Shown: positions 11,147-26,401 of the stretch, one piece after another | Position numbering within the stretch: the stretch's first letter is position 1 | How the letters are laid out: each line of letters starts with the position of its first letter | Assembly (NCBI GenBank): GCA_964016885.1 | Contig: OZ024745.1 | Coordinates: 45,818,001 to 45,882,000 of the forward strand | Source: Eledone cirrhosa | Taxonomy: Eukaryota | DNA: 64,000 bases | Direction: 5' to 3' | Position numbers and translations under genes: made by a program | Notes under the pieces: model-generated | Told to the model about the DNA's origin: nothing | What the model saw: only the letters and a program-made list of their open reading frames with translations | The model's database searches: none

Positions 11147-12177
11147 AACGGTAACGTGAAGAAGTTTAATGTTAAACATTTTTAAATTCTCATCAAGCGG
11201 TCCTTTTGTTTGGCGTGTATAATTGTCCCACACTAAAATATGATTTAAAAAATGACTTTTCGGCAAAAGCTATTTTTATGTGAATATAGATGTGCTTTAG
11301 TGTTACTATGAATGCATGTTGTTTTTTGTGTTTGTACGTGTATCTTAGTATGCGTGTCTATATGTGAGTAGTGTGTGTTTGAGTATATACTTACACACAT
11401 AAAACACAATATTTATATGTTTTTATATACTAAAATGAAAAGATAACAGCGTTCTAGTTTGTGTGTGTGTATGTATATATGTATATATTACCAAATACAT
11501 ATGTATATATTACCAATATCTTACAAGCTTTTGACCTACATTTCTACCAAAACTGTGATACATCCTATCGTAATACATTTTATACACGTTCTTCTGCATG
11601 TTTTGTCTATGTTTCCGCCATACTTAAGAAACAAGAGCCATATAATCTGCTAGTTGTTTTGAAGTTTGCTTCGTATCCATGGGCATATTTGGTGTTATCT
11701 GAAATATTTTCGTAATCATATCACATTCATTACCCGATGCAGAGAACAAAGAGTTCATCAGACTTATAAAGGCACCGACCTAATCTCTCCACAAGCAAAT
11801 CGGTCCTGCTTTAAATTTAGGGATCACATAACCAAAGCCTAATTTCAGAAAGCATATATTCAATGACATCCTGGCGTAATACAGACCTAATCCAATAACA
11901 AAAGAACGACTGTTTGCATTTGACTCCAAGCGTAGACTATATGGTTCGTTATTTCTCCTATATGCTCAGTCACTGGGATAAATGAACAAAACATACATAT
12001 TGAATATTGCATATTTGATTGCATTGAGAATTTGATCGGAGCGTTCTGGGTTGATTAAAGCTTAAAGACAATAACAGCCACGTGTTAAAGAATAATAAGT
12101 ATCAGAATCATTCATGGAATATTTATAATAATTGCTATGACATATATTTATTTCATAATTATATCATTTTAATCATT

Positions 12178-12359
12178 TTCAGTATCGGTAGAGGGTCGGA
12201 CGCCATGCTTTCTAGCATAGAGTTACGCCCCCTTATGGTCTGAGTTCAAATCGCGCTGCGGTTAACTTAGCCTTTCATCCTTACGGGGTCGATAAAATAA
12301 AGTACCAGTAATGCATTGGGATAATTGCTTGCCTTGTGCCAATAGTAGAAACAATTATT
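12178..12359 (+). mobile_element. tRNA-derived SINE (Meta-like)
   Basis: Highly similar to 484-665. Confidence 0.9.
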
Positions 12360-12443
12360 AACATAAATGTTACACTTAATTTAATACTTCTCTATTTAGT
12401 TAGAAAAGTTAACATATAGCTGAACACTGGATATGGTAAGTAA

Positions 12444-13387
12444 GTCCCTATCTGGCACACTGAGTGTGCCCAGGCGCTCACGGCCCTCTGGCAAGCGGAC
12501 CCGGTTATCAGTGGAGACTCCACCTCGATATTCTATAGAGGGCTGGTACGCAGCAGATGCGACGACGCCCTCGGAGAAGCCCTAGACATAGAGGAAGACG
12601 AACTGGCCAGCCTGTTCGGTAGGACATTCAGCCCGGGACCTATGGACAACTTCCAGAAGTCCCTGGCCTGGCAGTACTACCGAGGGTCTCTACCCGTTCG
12701 AGAGAAGCTCTACAGACACGGGCGCCCGGGTAGGGACCCCGCCAAAAAGATCTGTCCCAGATGCGTGTGCGACGAGGAAACCGTTGCACACGCATTGGTA
12801 CACTGCTCGGGCGTAGCCGATCTGTGGGGCTATGTCTGTTGTCACGGGTGGGACCGATCCGGTTGACCACCGAAGCCATTGTAACGATTAAGCCGCCTCC
12901 CCCCTTCAAAAATGAAGGAGAGGCGGTGTTTCTTGGCGTAATAGCCATGGTGAAAGAGGGTGTATGGTGGACGCGTCTGAAAGGACTGAGGTCAGGCACC
13001 TTTCTCTCTGGCCAACAACTGATCCGCTTCTTCTGATATCATTTCGGAAGAAGGATCAGGATGGAGAGAGAGGTGCTCCACCCCAGTCGTTTTTTATGAA
13101 AGGTGGGTGAAAGTGGCGAGGATGGCCCGTGTGAATGGGCCTTCTCTCAACATCAGCCTGTAGATGGAAAAGATGAAAGAACGAGGGAGCACCCTCTCTC
13201 TGTGCTCCTGAGAAGAAGGGTTGCACACTTTATTCGGGGGTGTGTGCGACCCCCCCAAAACGTCTCCTCCCTATTGAGGACTTTATTGTTAATATTATAT
13301 TTATTTGTTTTCTTTACTCGCTTTTTTGTGTAAACTCCCCCTTGTATTTGTCCCCTTCTTTTGCGCCCTCGTGGCAATAAATAGAAA
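12444..13387 (+). mobile_element. 5'-truncated Tx1/L1-group LINE: ORF2 C-terminus with CCHC zinc finger, plus 3' UTR
   Basis: GC-rich island; translation SLAWQYYRGSLPVREKLYRHG..ICPRCVCDEETVAHALVHC..LW (zf-RVT-like CxxC..ET..H....C); frameshifts and stops; ORF ends at 13163; AATAAA near 13376. Confidence 0.85.
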
Positions 13388-13579
13388 TATATCTTATTAA
13401 ATGTTTCACTCTGTTAATGTAACTGAAAACTCAGTTTAACAGATGGCAGTTAAATTGGCTGAAACGAATGTTTTAAATAATTGACGATTTAAAAGCTGAT
13501 ATATAACTTTAGAAACATAAATTGCAGTCTTCGTTTTCCTCGACCTTATAAAGCTACGACCGCCACCAGCTGCAGTTCT

Positions 13580-13848
13580 CAGTATATCATATGAGGAGAC
13601 TGAAGTTAGCTGGACATGCTCACCGACATCCAGAGTTGACATTGCACTCAGTGCTCCTGTGGGAGCCCCTACATGGACACACTAGAAGAGGAAGAACAAG
13701 GTTAACGTATGTTGATGCCCTAAGGACAGACACTGGTCTGTTGGAGACGCAGGACATGGCAGCGATAATGAGGGACAGAGACCGCTGGAAAGAACTCGTC
13801 CATGGCTCTCGGGAATTTTACCCGCCTTAGATGTATGTGTATTTATGT
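13580..13848 (+). mobile_element. 3' end of an RTE-type LINE
   Basis: RRLKLAGHAHRH..VLLWEP.HG..RRGR.RLTYVD.L..DTG..M.DRDRW is the typical RTE-group C-terminus, followed by a short (TATG)-like tail. Confidence 0.8.
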
Positions 13849-14051
13849 CAGTAACACGCTGTAAGTAAATGGGCCCCTCTTTGCCTCATAATATCGATAC
13901 TTCCCTACATCCACCATGACACAAGTAAATGATCTTCTCTGTTTCTTCCTTTCCCTTCGACATTCTTCTCTCTCGCCTTCTTCTTCCTCACACCGTAACT
14001 ATTACCTCTCCCATCAAAATATTTCTACCTTCTCCACATATATAAAGGTCA

Positions 14052-14365
14052 CGAATGACCAAGGGATTTGCACCTAGATAGTTCCCTTCCGAGAACAAGT
14101 CCGGGCAAGGTTGTTTGTGGAAGACCAGCAGCCGCTCATGCATACCAGTCTCCACTCTCTGTGCCACCAATGTTGTTTAAGGGAAAGGTTAAGGCCGATA
14201 CAGCTGGCACCAGTGACGTCACAACTCATTTCTACAGCTGAGTGAACTGGAGCAACATGAAATAAAATGTTTTGCTCAAGATCACAACGCAAATCCCGGT
14301 CCGAGAATCGAACTCACAATCTCACGATCGTAAACCCGACGCTCAAACAACTAAGCCATGCGCCT
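14052..14365 (-). mobile_element. tRNA-derived SINE (CORE/V-like family), near full length
   Basis: Plus-strand CAGCTGAGTGAACTGGAGCAACATGAAATAAAATGTTTTGCTCAAG..GAATCGAACTC..CTAAGCCATGCGCC is a reversed tRNA head plus core. Confidence 0.8.
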
Positions 14366-14551
14366 TCATATATAACCATAATCTATTATATGGATGCACA
14401 CAGATGCTGCATTATTTTGCTATGCACATCGTTATGCACACATCTACCAGTTATTGACAATTCTTTTTCTGCAGCGGTGTTGGAAATATTCGCGAATACA
14501 ATTTTCTCCACACAACGTTATGTATCTAATGTTTTAAGTAATATATACTGC

Positions 14552-14950
<399 letters not shown>

Positions 14951-15483
14951 TCGTCTAATAGTGCAATCGAACAGTTATAAATACACATATCCTCTTAAAT
15001 TATTAATCATTTCCTTGGTGTGTCCATTCATCATTCGTAAAACTTTTAAACCGACTATTGCCATATTCACTCAAATGATCGTTTATTTGATAGTTTGCTA
15101 CTTTGGGATTTGTGATCAAATATAACTTATATATTGACAGTTCGCGTGTTGTAAATCTCGCAGCCCCAAATAAAAAATACTCTATAAAATTATGTTTATC
15201 CGGCCACCTACTCCAAAACTTAGCCAACTATATACCTACATCTCTTTCTATTCTAACATTCAAGCACAACACACATATGTACATAAATACATACATATGC
15301 ACATAAATAAATACATACATGCACATAAATACATACACACACACACGCGCACACCCACACACACACTCATATAAACATATGTGTGTATATGTGTGTATAT
15401 AGACTTGTACGTATATATATATATGTATATGATATATATATACATATATATGTACGTATATATATATATGTATACATATATAC

Positions 15484-15549
<66 letters not shown>

Positions 15550-15631
15550 GTATATATGTATACATATATATATATACGTACATATATATGTATATATATA
15601 TCATATACATATATATATATACGTACATATA

Positions 15632-15675
<44 letters not shown>

Positions 15676-17548
15676 GTGTGCGTGTGTGTGTACATCTGTC
15701 TACTTATCTCTCATTGAAACCATTTCGCTATCTGCCTAGATTAGACAACGTTATATGCATCACCATAATCTGAAATCTTTACGATTAATACTACCTTGTA
15801 AGACCGATATTATGTAGACATTAAGATCTGTGTATATGTTCAACATATACACATCGCTTCTAATGATGTCTGACAGGTGTTATTAACAACAATTTTGTTT
15901 CAGATTTGTTTTTGTTTTTTTTTTATGATTTTGGTGGTGATGTTTTAGTAGTATGTTGCGGTGGAACTGTTACCTCGGATGGTTTACATGATCTTACCAA
16001 CGGGTCTCTTCTTTCCTTGGTTGTGATCCATGTATCACATGGTTTCTGATTGAACAAAGCTAATGTGATATATATATATATATATAGATATAAGCGAGGT
16101 AACAAGTGACAACCCTGAAGAGCTGTATTGACACTCAACGAAATCATTGCTTTCTCAGTCTTTCTTCCAATATTAACACTTTGAAGATACATTATTGTTT
16201 TGCCTGGTAGGTGTTATTATTCAAGATTTTTAGAAGAACCTATATCACTGTAATAATTATTTTGAATACAATGATATATGTAACATTATCACTTCATAAA
16301 CCTAGCATCTTGTAAATAAATAAAACTTGTATTCATAAAAATTAACTTCTTTTTATCTCTCATAGTTATGTATAATTTTTCAAAGATATATTCGCACTTT
16401 CAATAACTGATATTTTTTTTAATAAAATATATTTGTCAGAGGAAGATGTGCCACGCTCATGACCATTTTCGAGTTATCCTCATGAGAGACTTCGAATTAT
16501 TTGCAAGAAAGTCGACATAACTAAAGACACCCGTGACTCAAGTGGTAGTATTAAACTGAGCACAAGTTTAGGTCTACCTGCCAAGAACAGGAATGCTTCC
16601 TTTCACAAAATTCACAAAATTTCCGTCTCGCAAATATCTCGCACAAGGCTTTGGTCGACTTGAGATGATGTAAGAAGACAAACGCCAAAGATGTCGTTCA
16701 CTAACACTGAGATTAATATAACGTAGCCTCAAAGCGAACTTCATATCCATATAGACAACCTTTGTCTCATCAGCATGAATTCAGGATTCACATTTAGAAA
16801 ACTGTAAAGAGAAAACTGTGACCTCATACTTAGCATCTGTGTACTAATGATGCAATTTAAATACTTCCATTTGGAAATATCAAAAGTAATATTGATAATT
16901 TGCCTAGAGTCATACTTTTCACACGAATGAATGAATCGATACCTCTAAAGTATCTGTAACTTATTTGCTCGAAGCTGAAGAGATCAAGAAGTTAAGTTAG
17001 AGTCAATATAGAAAGTGTTGTAAGTTTCAATTAAGCTGAAGTGGATGATAAGGATACTGATTAGGTTAGTTGCGGAAACTAAAGTGCCATTCCATACGAA
17101 AGTACCCATTCTTAGATACGTAGGGGTCACACACTTCATGTCAATAAGAACTATTGTATAAATCGATGTCTTGCGATCTCTTGACTGGAATTAACATTTA
17201 TCGTTAAATTTACGCGGTTCAACAACACTTTTGGACAAACCACAGTATTTCCAACTATATCAGCCACATCAATACATTGCAGTACTCACATTTTCAGCTT
17301 GGGGTAGATGGTGTGAAGAGTTCGCATTAATCCAACTTGATGATTTTATCAGCTGTCTCGGATTAAATCCTGCAACGTACGATAAAAGAATTATAATTCA
17401 GGTCGTAAATCAGGTTTTGATAACGATTTCATTTGTTTACCGTAATATTTGACAGTTGGTTTTGCATCTATTGACCAATATCATGTTTCGTTTCTTTTAA
17501 ATGTTTGAGTTTTAAAGTCAATTATTTTTATGAATGTTTTATGCATGC

Positions 17549-17585
<37 letters not shown>

Positions 17586-17590
<5 letters not shown>

Positions 17591-17609
17591 ATACTTTGGG
17601 AGGGTCATG
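17586..17609 (-). repeat. Recurrent terminal motif TTGTTATACTTTGGGAGGGTCATGTTG abutting (TA)n (also at 51852 and inverted at 56347-56374)
   Basis: Three copies, each directly joined to (TA)n; in the 56.3-kb copy AATAAA lies ~60 bp before a ...TATAACA end. Confidence 0.6.
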
Positions 17610-17631
17610 TTGCTAAACAAATTCAAAAACG

Positions 17632-17680
<49 letters not shown>

Positions 17681-17736
17681 ATAAAATCTACAGACATATC
17701 TATATATATATACTTATATATGAATATGTATATATG

Positions 17737-17778
<42 letters not shown>

Positions 17779-17924
17779 AATGTATGTATACATTGTGTGT
17801 CTGTGATCATGCATGTAGAAATAATGAAGATAACTTCCGTGTTTACGTAGGGTATTAATGTTTTTGATGATCTAGATAATTTTCCTCTACTTCTATCCCT
17901 TTGCCCCCCCCCCCTCTCTCTCTC

Positions 17925-17986
<62 letters not shown>

Positions 17987-18059
17987 AGAGAGTGTATGTG
18001 TGTTTATGTATATTTGTATGTGTGAGCGTGTGTCTGATGGCTTACTGATTAGAGAGTTC

Positions 18060-18240
18060 AGATCACGATGGTTTCGTTATTACTTCGATTGATGGCATGC
18101 CAGTTTCCCTTGAACAAGACAGTATATTACACTTTGCTCCAGGCCGCTCAGCGGGAGGAAAAAGTGTTGTACCTCTAATTCAATGGGTCAGCCATGTACA
18201 CCATGTATTGTACTGGATCTCCCTGAGTAAATGGACACGC
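18060..18240 (+). mobile_element. Degenerate CORE/V-like SINE
   Basis: TTTCCCTTGAACAAGACAGTATATTACACTTTGCTCCAGGCCGCTCAGC resembles the core at 11029-11080. Confidence 0.55.
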
Positions 18241-18358
18241 ATCTGTGAATACACGCATCTGTGAAATACTTATGCACGCTAAGTTATCCAGCAGGGTGTT
18301 CTGTTGTGGAAACTACTGGAAAAATCGTTATCGGAATCGACGGAGTTCCAGCATATAC

Positions 18359-18600
<242 letters not shown>

Positions 18601-20910
18601 TTGTATGTACAGAGAGAGCGAGAGAGAGATGGAAGAGAGCAAGGGATACATATATACAAAAACGTCTATCGGGACTATTTTATCGACATCTACTAGCAAG
18701 TATTCAGTGGGGATATAGATATTAGCAAGTTGGCTAGCAACAAGTTTGTTACCAAAAATACATCACTCTATTAGCGACGAAAGACTGACTAATTGCATTC
18801 CAGAATCTAATGTATTAAATGCCTATCCTTTCCTCTGGTAGTAGGAATATTAGTCGAACATGTAAATGGACGAAATGCAGTTTGATGATGTATTGAGTCG
18901 TGTGTAATAAATGCAACAGAGATGTCTTAGATAGAGGGGAATAGGAGTAACATAGGTAACATGGGTGCAGGTTTTCTGGGTAACAAGAAATATTTAACTC
19001 TGTTTCCCACTCCAGGCGTCATAGGATTTTCATATTGGACTTTGTTTTTAATTGAATAAAGGCATATTCTAATTTAGAAAAAGACTGCGTGAGAGTCTTT
19101 CTTCGGTTACATGAAGAGGATGAAAATCTAACGGGATGTAAACTATCCCAACTATTTATAATACAACGCCAACCAGCTGTGCCCCTGCAAAGAAATAAAC
19201 TATTCTCACTTGAAAACTATACCAACACAAATGCACAGTAAATATCAATATCAACAGTCCAGTAGATTCGGCCCTTGAGAATATCTCGAGAAATATGAAA
19301 CTCGACCAAAATAAAACCAAAAGCTGGAATGCAAAATTAGGACAAGCGTTGACAGCTTACGAACAAACAGAAATCAGTGGTTCTTTCGGCCTACTCAAAA
19401 CCTAGCTGACGGTGAGATTTATTAAAAACTCCTATTTACATCGATATGCCACTAAATGAAAGTATAATTATGACACGTGTTATTTTGTTGTTATCCGCAA
19501 TTGATAAAGTTGCGCTAAAGAACGTCTAGCATGAATTGAAGTTCTAAGTTTGGGACATTGACTGTTTGGCCATATTATGTTGCAATTAGCATTCGCCAAT
19601 TGATGGGAACGGTAGAAACCGTTCTAAATGAGGATCCACAAGGAAAATGTATTACCATTTATCCCCAAAACATCAACAGACAATAGAAAAGATTGGATAA
19701 TCGGATATTATCATTCAATGAAATGTAATGAATGAATTCACGAATCGCCGTCTACAACGTTTTGAAAGCATATTCAAATTCCATGGAAATTGCCGACAAG
19801 GGACCATAACATGTATTGCCCAAGAGTTGCTGGAATAAACTACAGAAATAGAAATTTTGAGAAATAACATTCATAATATAAGCAGTGTGTTTGTTTTACA
19901 TAAGTATATATTCTACAAGCTAAAGGATTCCAACGGCATTGACAGGTTGAGTAGATATTCTGACATACCACATCACACTTATCGAGATATGCTTTGGTTA
20001 TTCGGGAACGAAAGATAATTAGTAAATACCTGATCTATACCAGAGATAAGGATGTCTCCAAACTGCCACGTTTTGATGGAAAATATCGATTATACAGCAC
20101 TAATGTGGAATCTAATGTTTACGGATTACAGCTATCGGTGATCAGGTGAATCAGCCTTATTGACTTCGGGTAGAAAAGAATTTAGAGGTCTGACATAACT
20201 CCTCAATTATCTGCATTCAAAATCAATAAGGCTGATCTTCCATTAATCAGAACTGGGAGAATACTAGCGCATTACTGCAACCAGGAATATAATCTCTACT
20301 GCAGTCTAGGTCCGACAAGAGCTTACTACCTACACTACAACATTCACCATATACTTATATGTATATACATGCGTATGTTTATATGTCTGTATTTGTGGGC
20401 GTGTTAGCGTGTGCGTGCGTGAGTGTGTGTGCATGGGTATATGCAAATCGTTAGAAAATATACATTTCCACCGATGAGATTCGAAATTCATATCGAATCC
20501 ATTCTTCTTCTTGCTCTTGCTTAACGAGGCCAGGGTCACCCTGAGCCAGCGATCCCAAACCATCATCTTGCGTAGTGCCGACTTTAGAACCCATTCTGGT
20601 CGCACAAATATGGATTGAACCAGAGTACGCTTTGCTCTTCTGTGTCAAATTAGCCTACAAACGTTTTAGTCATGTAAACTAACATATCTAGCTCCACAAA
20701 TGTAATGTTTTTTTATACTTTAGTAATATCTCAGCGCACAGCAGACTGGCTATTTTAATACAGCCTAGCAGTGAAGTATTGCAGTTTGATTTGATGTTTA
20801 TGTCAAGAATTAGACACTCTAAAGACATCCATGTCCTGTTAGTGAACCAGATATTTTCCCGTTCGATATTAGTGTGTTTATAATGACATTTATCATTTAT
20901 GTGCACACAG

Positions 20911-20965
<55 letters not shown>

Positions 20966-21047
20966 TTTATTTATTTGTATGCATATAGATTTCACACACA
21001 TACACACATATATATATATATATATATGAGAGCGAGAGAGAGAGTGA

Positions 21048-21113
<66 letters not shown>

Positions 21114-21587
21114 ATGTGTGTGTGTGTGTGCGAATGTATGTGTGACATCTATATGTCTCATTTTAAACCATTTTTATTAATCTTCGAACGTAACAAGTGT
21201 TTCGGAGATAGTCGGCTCTAGGTATTAATCAATACGACATACGTGACTCCGATATCGATCTGCTAATCAGACTTGTGGATTGGAATGAAAAGATGTTCTC
21301 CCATCACATCTTCGTGTGTAATGAGCAGATCAACACCGGGGTCAGGCTTGAGCCGATCATCTGCGAATCATGTGTCATGTTTGATAATGAATAAAAAGTT
21401 TTTAAGTGAAACTTTGTTCTCTTGTATATAATGTAAACATTCTTCTGACTACAAATACATAACACTAATATTGTGTGGAGAACACACTTTTGACTGGAAT
21501 ATTTACGAAATGGAGAGTAGATAAATATCTCTGTAGATAGGTCAGCAATTATACAGACAATGAAACCCCATACAGCCTCCCACACAC

Positions 21588-21683
<96 letters not shown>
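21588..21683. repeat. (TAG)n microsatellite
   Basis: Direct reading. Confidence 0.95.
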
Positions 21684-21684
<1 letters not shown>

Positions 21685-21810
21685 ATTACTGAAAGTGCAA
21701 GCTGTATAGATTATTATTCATACATGTGCCAGTCGATAGTTGTAAAGAAATTATTACCCTAACGTTCACCCATGCTCTCTTTTACACAGAAGTAGCCGAC
21801 ACATTCTAAT

Positions 21811-22808
<998 letters not shown>

Positions 22809-22818
22809 TTCTATATTA

Positions 22819-22955
22819 CTGCTCTGTAAAACAACTGATGTTCTTACATTAAGCTATTTCTCTTGCTGGTAATAAGGTAGTAATAAATTACTGACCTTCC
22901 CTGTTTATAGTTGTTTATAGTATTGTATATACATACATAACTATAAATAGTATCT

Positions 22956-22965
<10 letters not shown>
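22819..22965 (+). repeat. (TA)n-associated repeat, second copy at about 47497-47655
   Basis: Shared ACTGCTCTGTAAAACAACTGATGTT.TTACATT.AGCTATTT..CTGGTAATAAG.TAGTAAT and TACATAAC.ATAAATAGTATC.TTAATA. Confidence 0.75.
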
Positions 22966-23024
<59 letters not shown>

Positions 23025-23220
23025 TAAACGGAATAGAAAATGCTGACAAATTGTTCACAGTTGAAAAATGGTTTAATTAGGAATAAAAGAGTATTAGTGA
23101 TTGTATGGGTTAGTATTCAGTTGTGGTTTTAAGTTTTTAAGTTGTTACCGTTGCGCATTTCTAAATGCTTTTCAAAAATAATTTTGAGATAGAGTGTCCG
23201 TGCTGTTTGCTCTGATCTGA

Positions 23221-23289
<69 letters not shown>

Positions 23290-23432
23290 GGGAAGTGAGG
23301 TTCTATACAAAACAGTGGATATAGAGAAAAGATGAACTTGGAAATAGAACGGGAGATATATTTAAGGGTCTGTTTTTCTTTTTTGATTCGTCAAAATGAA
23401 ATTATTGAAAAGATAATGTTATTAAAAAGATA

Positions 23433-23626
23433 ATTGTCTCTACATTTGGCACAAGGCCAGCAATTATTCCAGTGTATTACTGGTACTTTATTTTATCGAC
23501 CTCGTAAGGATGAAAGGCAAAGTTAACCTCGGCGGGATTTGAACTCAGACCATAAAGGGCCGTAACTCTTTGCTGCAAAGCATAGCGTCAGACCCTCCTC
23601 TACCGATACTGCCAATCCACCGACCA
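23433..23626 (-). mobile_element. tRNA-derived SINE (Meta-like) with 16-bp target-site duplication
   Basis: TTATTAAAAAGATAAT at 23419-23434 and 23627-23642. Confidence 0.9.
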
Positions 23627-24984
23627 TTATTAAAAAGATAATGTAATTAAAAGAAGAGAGGGACAATTCTTTTTTAAACATTTTTTATGAGGTATATAAA
23701 GTATATGAGATAATTACCGGTTTCGGTGTATTAAGATCCATCTTGTCAAATGAAGTGTAAAAAGTTAATTAAAAAGAGTTGATAGGAGTAAAAAAAGAAA
23801 GGTTTAAAATTAAAATCAAAATTGAATGTTTGAGTAATTTTTCTTTCATCATGCTTCTTGAAAAGTTGGTTGGAAATGAGAACAAGTTGTTTACTTGTAA
23901 GGGAGGAAGCTGTTGATGTGAAAAATATGCTGTGAAAGTATTGTTTAATCTAGTGGTCAATAGTTCAAAAGGGGATAGGGGGTTGTAAGAGTTGAATTCT
24001 GTGGTAGGTTGGTATGTTTACATACTTACACACACATATATACCCATACACACACATGTACAGAGAGAGAGAGTGAGGGTGTATATACAACAGTACACAC
24101 ATGCGAGTGTGTGCGTATATGTATGCATAAACACGTGTGTGTATGTGTGGGGTTGTTGTGTGTGTGTGTTTTTACAGTTTGTCTCTGTTAAAGTTACTTT
24201 TGAAGAGGGGAACTAAGAAAAAATTCTTTTTTTTTCCAAAATTCAGAAAATTGTCAAAAGTTAAGATCTAAAATCCAAAGGATAGCCAGAATCCGAAAAT
24301 TTAAAAATTAAAGAAGTTAAGAAAAACTTCAAAAAATACTTTTCAAAATAAACTTTAAAAAAAATCTTTCTCTCTATAAAATCATTCTTTAAAAAATTAA
24401 ATGATCTTAAAAAATCTTTTCAGAACGAGACACAGTGCGTGTATATATAAATGAATGTTTAAATAAATAAATATATAGACAGAGGGAATTAAGTAACATT
24501 TTTTTCTACAAAATTCCGAAAATAGTCAAAAGTCAAAGGCTAAGAGCCAGAGGATTCACAGAATCCAAAAGTTTAAACATTAGAAAAAATTTCTTTTAGA
24601 AAAAAATATTTTTTTCTTTCTAAAAAAAATGTCTTTCTAGATCTCTTTTGAACTATTGACCACTAGATTAAAGAATACATTCACAGCATATTTTTCACAT
24701 CAACAGCTTCCTCCCTTACAAGTAAACAACTTGTTCTCATTTCCAACCAACTTTTCAAGAAGCATGATGAAAGAAAAATTACTCAAACATTCGATTTTTA
24801 TTTTTATTTTAAACCTTTCTTTTTTTACTTAAAACACTTTTTAATTAATTTTTTACACTACAAGATGGATGGATTTTAATACATCGAAACCGGTAATTTT
24901 CTCATATACTTTATAAACCTCATAAAGATTTTTTTAAAAAGCATTGTTCCTCTCTTCTTTTAATAACATTATCTTTTTAATAAT
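23626..24984. mobile_element. Older inverted duplication (~345-bp arms) with decayed hammerhead-like motif
   Basis: Arms 23626-23971 and 24645-24984; GATG..CATC-GAAA-CCGG-TA at about 24867-24895 without an intact CTGANGA. Confidence 0.65.
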
Positions 24985-25130
24985 TGTTTCTACTTTTGGC
25001 AGAAGACCAGTGTATAACTGGTACTTTATTTTATCGACCCCATAAGGATGAAAGGCAAAGTTAACCTGGCGCGATTTGAACTCAGAATGTCAAGGGCCGT
25101 AACTCTATGCGTCAAAGCATGGCGTCCGAC

Positions 25131-25132
<2 letters not shown>
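24983..25132 (-). mobile_element. tRNA-derived SINE (Meta-like), truncated
   Basis: CTGGTACTTTATTTTATCGACCCCATAAGGATGAAAGGCAAAGTTAACC. Confidence 0.85.
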
Positions 25133-25179
<47 letters not shown>

Positions 25180-25194
25180 TAGATAGATATATAA

Positions 25195-25227
<33 letters not shown>

Positions 25228-25242
25228 TATATATATATATAT

Positions 25243-25315
<73 letters not shown>

Positions 25316-25546
25316 TATATATATAAACAATTAAGTTAAAGTCTACATCTACATATGTATACGGAAGTATTAGTATGCATATAAATACACACATGTATAC
25401 ATATGTACATGTACTCAGCTTTTCACTAGACACTTTACAGTGAGTGTCAGCTAGTCTGTATGTAACCACACAGGCGGACCGGGTTTTAGAGTCATACGAG
25501 TTTTCAAGGAAACACATTTCCTCTATTCTCTAGAGGGCCAGACAGG

Positions 25547-25591
25547 AATATTGGACTAGTTTCGATGTTATTACATCTCATCAGCAATATT
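25547..25591 (-). ncRNA. Canonical minimal type I hammerhead ribozyme
   Basis: Exact reverse complement of 26357-26401. Confidence 0.9.
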
Positions 25592-26356
25592 TACCCATCT
25601 TCCGGCTTCTCTGGAGAATTGTAAAAGCACATATCGTTATATGCTTTTTCTATGAAAATTAGTAGTGGGTAGACTAATTTGCATAGAACGTGAGTCATTG
25701 TACGCACCGGTTCAGCGGAAACGATAAAAACAAATAACGAAACGAAATTAAATTTCGTTTCGCTTCTAACTCACTTTTGTATGACTGACGCTTAAACAAT
25801 TAAGTTAAAGTGTACATCTACATATGTATACGGAAGTATTAGTATGCATATAAATACACACATGTATACATATGTACATGTACTCAGCTTTTCACTAGAC
25901 ACTTTACAGTGAGTGTCAGCTAGTCTGTATGTAACCACACAGGCGGACCGGGTTTTAGAGTCATACGAGTTTTCAAGGAAACACATTTCCTCTATTCTAA
26001 AACCCGGTCCGCCTGTGTGGTTACATACAGACTAGCTGACACAAAGTGTCTAGTGAAAAGCTGAGTACATGTACATATGTATACATGTGTGTATTTATAT
26101 GCATACTAATACTTCCGTATACATATGTAGATGTACACTTTAACTTAATTGTTTAAGCGTCAGTCATACAAAAGTGAGTTAGAAGCGAAACGAAATTTAA
26201 TTTCGTTTCGTTATTTGTTTTTATCGTTTCCGCTGAACCGGTGCGTACAATGACTCACGTTCTATGCAAATTAGTCTACCCACTACTAATTTTCATAGAA
26301 AAAGCATATAACGATATGTGCTTTTACAATTCTCCAGAGAAGCCGGAAGATGGGTA

Positions 26357-26401
26357 AATATTGCTGATGAGATGTAATAACATCGAAACTAGTCCAATAT
26401 T
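26357..26401 (+). ncRNA. Canonical minimal type I hammerhead ribozyme
   Basis: AAUAUUG-CUGAUGA(26364-70)-GAUGU-aaua-ACAUC-GAAA(26385-88)-CUAG-UC-CAAUAUU; 7-bp stem I, 5-bp stem II with G10.1-C11.1, palindromic stem III, GUC cut after 26394. Confidence 0.92.

Noticed and set aside
12420-13420. Site-specific (U2 snRNA or tRNA) target for the Tx1-like LINE
   Set aside because: Flanks show no recognisable snRNA or tRNA sequence and no clear TSD
16116-16152. CTGAAGAG..CGAAATCATTG near a TA tract
   Set aside because: Stems I and III cannot be formed convincingly
20150-20236. 14-bp inverted repeat ATCAGCCTTATTGA / TCAATAAGGCTGAT as a possible MITE
   Set aside because: Single copy in the window and no clear TSD
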